In this document: piece by piece, positions 56,505-64,000 of the stretch
How the letters are laid out: the number at the start of each line of letters is the position of its first letter
Position numbering within the stretch: position 1 is the stretch's first letter
Assembly (NCBI GenBank): GCA_964291215.2
Contig: OZ219791.1
Location: 928,001-992,000 of the forward strand
Reading direction: 5' to 3'
Source: Alphaproteobacteria bacterium
Lineage (GTDB): Bacteria > Pseudomonadota > Alphaproteobacteria > MPNO01 > UBA830
Length of the DNA: 64,000 nucleotides
Made by a program: the position numbers and the translations under genes
The notes under the pieces: model-generated
The model's database searches: none
The model's input: the letters and a program-made list of their open reading frames with translations, nothing else
Told to the model about the DNA's origin: nothing

Positions 56505-57964
56505 GGTACTGTAACTTGATGTCTGGAAATTTGTCTGAGGTTTGCGCTTTGAGGCGTTTCACTGGGGGGGGGGGGGTAGTAATTTGACATTATTGTATTG
56601 ATTGATATAGAAACTTCAGTTTCGTCCGGGCATCCTTCGTCGTGAAACGCCAGTCGACAGTGACATCGGCCGCATTGCGGCGCTCGACCCACGCCATGGT
56701 CTCCCGCAGCATGGTGTCGCGGTCGGGAATGCGTCGCCGAAGGCACTGCCGCGACAGCGCACCGATCTCGGCCATGTTGAGCCAGCTTCCATGCTTCGGC
56801 GTATAGCGAAACTCGAACCGCTTTCGTACCCGCCTCCTCGGGCTCGAAGGCTTCATACAGTGACTGTGCGTGTTCAGATTGTCCAGCACGATCTTCCTGT
56901 CGGGGAAATGGTCGTCGGCAAGCTCCCGGATGAAGTGCGTCCAGTCCCGCGGCGGTCGGTGACTTTCACCGTGCGCCAGTTCTCGTTGGGCGCAAAGGCC
57001 ATGAAGAGGTTGGCCTTACCGTTGCGCTCATATTCATAGTCGACCACCTCCGGCTGACCGGGGGATGCGGGTTTCCTGCTGCCGGCTGGTCTCAGCACCT
57101 CGTCCCTGGCAAAGTCCCGCTGATAAATGTCAAGCACATCCTCCATCGCCGCTACGAACTGTGCGCTCCGGTGCGGTGGAATGCACCAGTACTGCTTCAG
57201 CCACGGCTTGATCTCTTTTTTTAGCGTCTTCCTGACCGTTTCTTCCGAAATGCGCTCGACGATCTCCATCTCCACCAGACGGCCGGCAAGCAACTTCAGC
57301 GTCCAGTGTCCACAGCCCTCGGGCGGGGACGAACAGGGCGACCAGCTTCGCCTCCATCGCCCCCGTTTTGGCCGGCGGTTCACCTGCTCCTTGCGGCTGA
57401 GGGCGGCGTCCAGCCCCTCCAAGACGCAGCGCTTGCGCAAGCGCTCGACCGTCGCCGTGCCGATGCCCAGCCCTTGCGCAATGTCGGCATCGACAAGCCG
57501 AGCGCCGTCGCGCCCCTCAGCATCAGGACCTGTGCCCGGCGCCGTGGCAGCGCTGCCAGTTCCACCTGGCGCAAAACGCCGTGCACCGAACAACGACATC
57601 AGGAAACGTATTGGAAAACAGCTCGGAGCCATGCGTCCTCACTCCAAACCGCCGAGGCTGAACTGGGCGCCCTCGTGGCCAGCTATCGCGACAAGCATCA
57701 AAGAATGCGCCCGAGGGGCTCGCTGTCTTCACCTTGCCCGATGCTCACCGCAAGCGCATGCGAACCTCGAATGGTATCGAGCGGCCGATCCAGCAAGAGC
57801 TCAAGCGGCGCACCTCCAAAGTCAGGGTCTTTCCGAACCTCGCCTCGTTGGAGCGCCTCTCAACCGCGGTCCTCATCGACGAAAAATGGGAAACCGAAAC
57901 CAAGATCAAATGGGAACAGCTCGATCAGCTTCACGACAATTTCCAGACATCAGGTTGCGTAATC
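56505..57964 (+). mobile_element. IS256-family element, copy 2 (left end + 3' part), interrupted by IS630
   Basis: Ends match 49403 and 46225; 57520-57964 aligns with 46225-46680. Confidence 0.8.
56577..57525 (-). mobile_element. IS630-family element (degenerate)
   Basis: WTLKLLA, DYEYERNG, LDNLNTH, YTPKHGSWLNMAEI, VDWRFTT. Confidence 0.85.
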
Positions 57965-57989
57965 AGCGACGCTGCGTTGACCATCACCA

Positions 57990-58649
57990 TCACTCGGCCT
58001 CGACGGTCATGATCGCCGCGAGCATCGCCTGGCGCTCGCCCGGCGGCATCTTCCGGTACCCCGCCGCCCAGCGGGCGGCCTTGCGCTTGATGCGCTGACG
58101 GTCCGTGCGGTTCCGTCCGGCATGGCTGGCCGAGTGCATCCGCCCGGGCTCGAAGTTGAGCCACACCACCTCGGTGCGGACCTGGGCCTGGGTCGTCACC
58201 TGCACGGCAATGCGGCGCCAGTCCCGCAGCAGGTCGTCGTACAACGCCGAGGGATGGCCCGAGACCATTACCTGACACGACAGACCCTTGAGCAGTTCAA
58301 GGAGTTCGACATGGTCGGCTTCGGTGTAGTCGTGGCGGTACCGCCGCTTCGACCGGCGGGTCGCCTGCAGGTACGGCGGGTCGCTGTAGACCAGTTCCGT
58401 GCCCCGGAACGCAAAGCTGGCCAGGAACGCGTGGGCGCAGCCGTGGATCAGTTTCACCGGATAGTCGCACCCGAACCCGTCCAGCGCTCGCTGGTCCCGG
58501 TCGATCCCGATCGAGCACAGCGCCGGCGCCTTGCGCTTCATCAGCGCGCCGCCTCCGAGATGCGTTTCCACATACAGATCATGCGGGGGCTGGAGCCCCA
58601 GAAGCAGTTGGCATAGCCCGCTCGTCGCCTTCGATCCAAAGTAGCCCAC
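57990..58649 (-). CDS. DNA adenine methyltransferase (Dam/D12-like), apparently intact, within an IS66-like end
   Basis: GYFGSK, YVETHLGGGA, IGIDRD, LVYSDPPY; GTG start after GAGGA. Confidence 0.85.
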   Translation of the reverse strand: MGYFGSKATSGLCQLLLGLQPPHDLYVETHLGGGALMKRKAPALCSIGIDRDQRALDGFGCDYPVKLIHGCAHAFLASFAFRGTELVYSDPPYLQATRRSKRRYRHDYTEADHVELLELLKGLSCQVMVSGHPSALYDDLLRDWRRIAVQVTTQAQVRTEVVWLNFEPGRMHSASHAGRNRTDRQRIKRKAARWAAGYRKMPPGERQAMLAAIMTVEAE

Positions 58650-58679
58650 TGGCGATCCTCGTCGTTCTTGATGACCGTC

Positions 58680-58774
58680 ACTAAACGAATCGGTCTGCAA
58701 TGTCAAATCTCCGCGAAAACCCGTTCGTTGCTCTACCCCGACATCAAGCCGGAACCGGGGGGGTGAGCAGTTAC
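58680..58774 (-). repeat. IS66-like element end upstream of the MTase
   Basis: Terminates GTAACTGCTCACC on the minus strand; matches three other copies. Confidence 0.75.
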
Positions 58775-58801
58775 TATTTGGATATAATATAGGAGACGCA
58801 T

Positions 58802-58860
58802 ATGCATACCACGAATCTGCGCAAAGTTGGCGGCTCCGTGATGCTTGCCGTGTCTCCAGC
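58802..58860 (+). pseudogene. PemI/MazE-type antitoxin N-terminal stub
   Basis: AGGAG RBS then MHTTNLRKVGGSVMLAVSP. Confidence 0.6.
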
Positions 58861-60788
58861 GCTTCCAGGAGCGGCCCGTCCCGCTATCCGAGCAGGCGCC
58901 CGGAACGCGCACGCGATAATCCGGATCGATGCCGACCAAGTGCGAGCCGAAGGCGGCATGGTGAAGCTTCGACAGCGGTAGGCTGTTCTCCACGACGGGC
59001 TGGCCCATCGCCTCGTCCGCGTCGGAAACGATGTGCACCGCATCGAGAAGACGGGGTTCGCGCAGTCTCGACAGGGCGCAGCGTCCCCTGTACGCCGTGA
59101 TCACCGCTCCCGGAACGAAGCTTGGTGCAGGCACCGCTTCACGGTGGTCAGGACATGGCGGCGCTCGGACGCATTCTGCGCCGCCGCCAGGCTATCTTGG
59201 TCGAGCATGCCGAAGGTGAACCTTCTCCTTGAGTAGGCGGGATCCGATCCGGAAATGAAGCTCGGGACTATCGCCTGGTACCGGCTAGTGTTATGTCAGC
59301 AATGATATGTCGTACATTTGGTGCTAGACTGTCCGTCCATTCGGGATGGAGGTCGGAGTATGAAACGCTACGTGGTGACCCTGGACGAACGGGCAGAACT
59401 TTCGGAGATCAAGGGCTCGCACCTGTCGCAAAAGGTAATCAACGCCCTGCTTAACTGCGACGAGGGCGCGTTCAATGAATGCCAGATGACCGGGAAGGTC
59501 ATTGCCGAGATTCTGCGCATCAGCATGCGCAAAGTAGACCGGGTGAAAAAGCGTTTCGAGGGGCTGGAGGCGGCATTGGGTGGCCGGCGCCGTCCTACCT
59601 ACATGCGAAAAGCCGACGGCGTCTTCGAGGCGCGTGGCCCTGAGTTGTGGTGAACCGCCTGAGGGTTACGCGCAATGGTCGTTGCGGCTGCTGGCCGACC
59701 GCGTTGTCGAGCTTGGTTACACCGTGTCACACGAGACGGTGCGGCGTGTTCTAAAAAAAACTGCCTCAAGCCATGGCAGCGGGTGGGTGATTCCTCCTCA
59801 AGGGAACGCCGACTTCGCCACAGCGAAGGTACTCAATGTCTATCGCCGTCCCGCCGCTTTCCCCGTGGTCTGCATGGACGAAACGCCCCGACCGGCGAGA
59901 CACGGCAACCGATCGCCATGGCGCCGGGACGGGCATAACGACTACGAGTATCGACGTTGCGGTACCTGCAACGTCTTCATGGAACCCCTGGCCGGCAAGC
60001 GCATGACCAAGGCAACCGAGCGCAAGATCGACTGGGCGCAGTTCCTGGCCGACATCGCCGAGCGCTACCAGGATGCTACCACCATCACCCTGGTGATGGA
60101 CAATCTCAACACTCCCCGGCGCCTTCTATGAGGCCTACCCGCCGGACGAGGCCTTGTGGGACCGCTTCGAGTTCGTCTACACCCCCAAGCATGGCAGTTG
60201 GCTGAACGTGGTCGAACTCAACGTCATGATCCGCCTGAACCGCCGCATCGAGGTGCTACGCCGGGAAGTCGCCGCCTGGCAGGCGACCGCATTCAGGCCA
60301 AGGTGGATTGGCAGTTCACCACCGACGATGCCCGCGTGAAACTCAAACGTCTTTATTCGACATTTGACGAATGACAAGACACTAGGCGCGATCCCGGGAA
60401 AGTAGATGACCGGGACCCTGTTCTCGTACGCCGCGCGCAGCCACCGGTTGTCGGCCGCGTCCGGATTGGTGCCCATGATGGCATAGTCGACAGCCTCGCT
60501 GCCTTCGAAGATCTGCTGGTGCACATGGCGCTGGTCGTGGTACCAGACCCGACCGCCGGGTTTCGGGAAGATGGTCCTGATCGATAGCAGGAAGCGCATC
60601 TCCTTCGGCTTGAAAATGTCCCGCTGCCGATTGACGATGGGGATGCATCTGTCCTCGAAGGTGAGGCCCTGTTCGAACTCGGTCGCCCCTGTCAGGTGGC
60701 CGTGGACCTCGGATATCCTTCGAACCTGTTCGAAGGCGGCGAGGCGCATCGAAGTGTCTGCTCCGGGAAAATCGGCAAAATTCTCCAT
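58850..60788 (-). pseudogene. SRA-like/HNH restriction endonuclease pseudogene split by IS630
   Basis: N-half IFKPKEMRFLLSIRT..DNRWLRAAYENRVPVIYF; C-half LHQASFR..AYRGRCALS..LLDAVHI..LSKLHHAAF..GIDPDY; two frameshifts. Confidence 0.75.
59286..60384 (+). mobile_element. IS630-family element (degenerate) inserted at CTAG
   Basis: IRs CTAGTGTTATGTCA / TGACAAGACACTAG; WSLRLLA, VVCMDET, VMDNLNT, YTPKHGSWLN. Confidence 0.88.
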
Positions 60789-60999
60789 GGTGCGTCAAGA
60801 CGTGTCAGCCTTCCGATCAGCGCATGGTCCCCGTTTGTCGGCCCCGGAACAGGTCCGGCATGGCGAACGCAAGAGGTCGTGCTCCCGGGCCGCCGGAACG
60901 CCGTGGAGCCAACCGATCACAGGAAAGCCCGGCTTGTCCGGACGGTATTGCGGATACAGCGCCGCCGGGCGTTGCTTCGGACGTGCCGGGTGCTGTGGA

Positions 61000-61511
61000 G
61001 GGTGCAGTTCTCGTATGGCGAATCCAAGTCATTGATTTAACAAGGTTGTGCGGTCGCGGGGCAGCGGCGAAAACGGGTTTTCGTGACAATCGCCCGTTTC
61101 GGGACAGGATTTTGTCACGACCCCCGCGGCATCGACAGGGTGATCCGGGCGCTGCGCCACCTTCGCGACACCGCGGCGCCAACATCGACAGGGAACCGAC
61201 CTTCTTCCGCAAGCATCGCCACCGCATGCGCTACCACGCGCTGAAGCAACCGGCTCGGGAATTGTCGAGGCGGCGACCCTCGTCACACAGCGCATGAAAC
61301 GCTCCGGCATGCGCTGGCGCATCGTCGGCGGACAATCACCTTCCGCGCCCTGCTCGAAACCGGCCGCTTCGAGAGCGCGTGGACGGCCATGATCGGTGCA
61401 GACGACGCACCAGCCAACGACAACATCAGCCCAAATCACACCCCGGCACTGGCCGCATGAGATGAACGAATGGTACTGAGCCTGCAACCGTGCCATACGA
61501 AACTCTCACCC
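61000..61511 (+). mobile_element. ISKra4-like MITE, copy 2
   Basis: Same ends and internal junction as 55423-55899; TSD GCTGTGGA at 60992 and 61512. Confidence 0.8.
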
Positions 61512-61538
61512 GCTGTGGACGACCCCCGTTGCTGGCAA

Positions 61539-61985
61539 TCAGGACAGCCGGACCTTTCCGCCCAGGTCCGCGCAGTCCTCGTCGGCCCTGAAGCCGCAGG
61601 CGTAAATACCGTGAATGGCCAGCTCGTCATCCCGGTCCTGGGTGTCGCCGGTAACGCCGACGGCGCCGATGACTTGTCCCTCCGAGTTGCGGATCAGGCG
61701 TCCGCCGCCCTCGGCAACGATGCGGTCGTCCGAAGCCTTGATCAGGTACTCTATGAAGACCGGCCGCTCCTCAGCGCGGATGCGGACCAGGTTCGAGGAG
61801 CGGCCGAGCGCAAGCACCGCGTGGGCCATTTTGAAGCGCAGCATGGCCCCGTGCTCCTCCTTCTGGAACGCCTTGACGACTGATCCGGGCTCGACCACCA
61901 CCACGGCAAGCGGCCGTCAATCAAGTTCGCGGCCCCGGACGAGTATCGCGGCGATGACAGCATTTGCCTGGCTGAGAGTGATCAT
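61539..61985 (-). pseudogene. GlcG/HbpS heme-binding family gene with in-frame stop
   Basis: MITLSQANAVI..ELD*RPLAVVVV; GGGRLIR..VIGAVGVTGD..DDELA. Confidence 0.7.
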
Positions 61986-62091
61986 GGCCGACCTGTCTCC
62001 TTGTTCCAGAAGCCGGCAGCGCTGCCGAAACGGCGGGTCCTGCCTGTCCGCGTCGCACGACGGCGGCTCCTTCGGGCGTCGCGGATGCGGC

Positions 62092-64000
62092 TCAACTGAA
62101 CAGCAGCGACGGATACCAGATCACTGCCACCACTCTTTCGAACATGACATAGAGAAAGACCGCCCCGCCGCCCGCATACAGCAGTCCGAGGCGCCAGCTG
62201 TAGCCGCCCCAGGCAAGCATATAGAGCGCCATGAACAGCGGCAGGGCGATAAGCTGCCCGGCAATGACGGTGGCAAGGCCGAGTCCCGCCAGCCACAGGA
62301 AGAAGTTGCCGGCCCGGAGCAGCACGGGAAGTTTGAGGGTTGCTGCCGCGTCTTCCCGGCCCGCGAACGCGCGGAAGGTCTCGAACAGCGCGAGCAGGCA
62401 CAGCGCGAGGCCCGGAATCGCCGTGACGATCGGGATGCGCCCCGAATCTGCCGGCCAGGAAATGGCGGGGATCAGCGAATAGGCGAATGCCGCGACGATC
62501 AGGGTCAGCGAGAGCAGCGACATGCGCGGATCCCAGGTCTCGGTTTCCCCAAATCTCTTGCGGTTTTCGCTGCGGCGCTCCCGGATCCGCGCCCGCGCCG
62601 CAAGTGCGAGCGCCGCCAGGATGATCACGACGATGATCAGCGATATCGGGCGTGTTACCAGATCGGACCAGCTGTATCCCTCGGCCGTAATGTGAAGCGC
62701 GTCCTCCATGATCGGTCCGAGTATGAAGCCGAGGACCAGGGGCGGCCGGGGAATGCCGCCCTGCTTCATGAAGTATCCGACCACCCCGAAGACCAGCACG
62801 GTTGCGAGATCGCCGGGACTGTTGTTCGAGAGCCATGCGCCCATGAACACGAACATGCATACGACGGGAACGATCAGGTGGCCGCGGACAAACGTTACTT
62901 TGGCTATCTGCTGGCCCCAGATCATGAGCAACACGGCGCCAGCGACATTGGCGATCACCAGGGTCCACATCATCGAGAAGGTGATGTGGAGATTCGTCGT
63001 CAGCATCTGTGGTCCGGGTTGCAGCCCCTGGATGAGCAGCGCCCCGAGCAATATGGCCATCGAGGCGCTGCCCGGAATCCCGAAGGCAACCGTCGGGATC
63101 AGCGCACCGCCCTTCATGGCGTTGTTGGCCGTCTCTGGCGCGATCACGCCGCGCACATCGCCCTTGCCGAACATCGACTTGTCGCGGGCGCTCTGTACGA
63201 CATGACCATAGGCCACCCAGTCCACGATGGCGCCGCCGAGTCCCGGCAGCATGCCGACATAGGCCCCGATGGCGGTCGATCGCAGGACCAGCCACCAGTT
63301 CCGCGCCGCGTCCTTCATGCCATGCACGATCGAGCTTCCTGCCTGGTCGCGGGCGACGCGCGATATCGAGGTGTCGCGCACGGCGAGTTCGAGTATTTCG
63401 GGCAGGGCGAAGAGTCCGAGCACGACGGGGATGAGCGGTATGCCGTCGAGCAGATAGGTAAGGCCGAGCCAGTAGCGCGGGGTTCCGCCGGTGACCGAAT
63501 AGCCGACATAGGAAAGGGTCAGGCCGAAAAGCGCCGCGACAAGGCCTTTGACCATCGAGCCGCCGCTCAGCGAACCGACCATGGTCAGGCCCAGCACGCC
63601 GAGCAGGAAGAACTCCGGCTGCGCGAAGGACAGGATGAGCGGCTTGACGATGGGAATGGATATTCCGAGAACGATCGCGCCTAGCAGTCCGCCGACGGCC
63701 GAGACGGTGAAGGCGGCCCCGAAAGCCCTTGCGGCTTCGCCGCGCATGGCCATAGGGTAGCCGTCGATAATCGTTGCCTGAGAGGCGGCGGTGCCGGGAA
63801 TCCCGAGCAGCACCGAGGCGATCGTGTCGCTTGTCGTGGTGACGGCGAACATGCCGAGAAGGAACGCGAACGCGGAGATCGGCTCCATCCCGAAGGTGAA
63901 CGGCAACAGGATTGCCATGCCGACCAGACCGGAAAGGCCGGGAACGGCGCCAAAATAGAGTCCTATCAGTACGCCAAGACCCAGCCAGCCAACGGCCGGC
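62092..64000 (-). CDS. Tripartite tricarboxylate transporter TctA-family permease with C-terminal TctB-like extension (5' end beyond window)
   Basis: LLGIPGTAASQATIIDGYPMA, PETANNA, AFGIPGS. Confidence 0.9.
   Translation of the reverse strand, partial: PAVGWLGLGVLIGLYFGAVPGLSGLVGMAILLPFTFGMEPISAFAFLLGMFAVTTTSDTIASVLLGIPGTAASQATIIDGYPMAMRGEAARAFGAAFTVSAVGGLLGAIVLGISIPIVKPLILSFAQPEFFLLGVLGLTMVGSLSGGSMVKGLVAALFGLTLSYVGYSVTGGTPRYWLGLTYLLDGIPLIPVVLGLFALPEILELAVRDTSISRVARDQAGSSIVHGMKDAARNWWLVLRSTAIGAYVGMLPGLGGAIVDWVAYGHVVQSARDKSMFGKGDVRGVIAPETANNAMKGGALIPTVAFGIPGSASMAILLGALLIQGLQPGPQMLTTNLHITFSMMWTLVIANVAGAVLLMIWGQQIAKVTFVRGHLIVPVVCMFVFMGAWLSNNSPGDLATVLVFGVVGYFMKQGGIPRPPLVLGFILGPIMEDALHITAEGYSWSDLVTRPISLIIVVIILAALALAARARIRERRSENRKRFGETETWDPRMSLLSLTLIVAAFAYSLIPAISWPADSGRIPIVTAIPGLALCLLALFETFRAFAGREDAAATLKLPVLLRAGNFFLWLAGLGLATVIAGQLIALPLFMALYMLAWGGYSWRLGLLYAGGGAVFLYVMFERVVAVIWYPSLLFS

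Noticed and set aside
56564-56576. Poly-G phase-variation tract
   Set aside because: It lies in a dead IS256 end at an IS junction, not in a gene or promoter; it may also be a homopolymer error.
57225-59765. Programmed frameshifting explaining the broken transposases
   Set aside because: A-tracts in IS630 (about 57220 and 59753) may be genuine slippery sites, but the many other breaks are irregular and differ between copies.
55423-61511. Composite transposon bounded by two inverted ISKra4-like copies
   Set aside because: Each copy has its own different 8-bp TSD, so they are independent insertions.
61915-61922. Selenocysteine or readthrough TGA in the glcG-like gene
   Set aside because: No clear SECIS hairpin was identified and a second lesion suggests pseudogenisation.
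13424-63684. Long ORFs such as 13424-15211, 23287-25026, 50963-52825 and 61615-63684
   Set aside because: Antisense shadows of well-supported genes in high-GC DNA, with no recognisable motifs.
1-64000. CRISPR array, rRNA or prophage
   Set aside because: No regularly spaced repeats, rRNA motifs or phage structural genes were seen.

Overview
GC-rich window, probably alphaproteobacterial (class I LysRS, TRAP/TAXI/TTT and ABC transporters). Intact host gene blocks (10.4-16.0, 21.9-43.9, 49.5-55.3 and 62.1-64 kb) alternate with dense graveyards of nested mobile DNA (0-10.2, 16.3-21.7, 44.4-49.4 and 55.4-61.5 kb). These contain IS5, IS1634, IS110, IS4-type, IS66, IS256, IS30, IS630, an ISKra4-like MITE and a group II twintron. 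The most striking signal is that every mobile element is riddled with short (about 3-30 bp) deletions, many flanked by 2-6 bp microhomologies. Host genes are intact, and a single-copy pseudogene shows only ordinary decay. This could be repeat-targeted deletion mutagenesis, an extreme deletion bias, or an assembly artefact. Also notable are an ORF-less group II intron nested in an RT-encoding intron, DUF4338-like domains carried by two IS families, an IS66-borne adenine methyltransferase next to a disrupted SRA/HNH-type nuclease, and an IS256 palindrome hit by two different IS. All family assignments come from motif recognition by eye, not from database searches.
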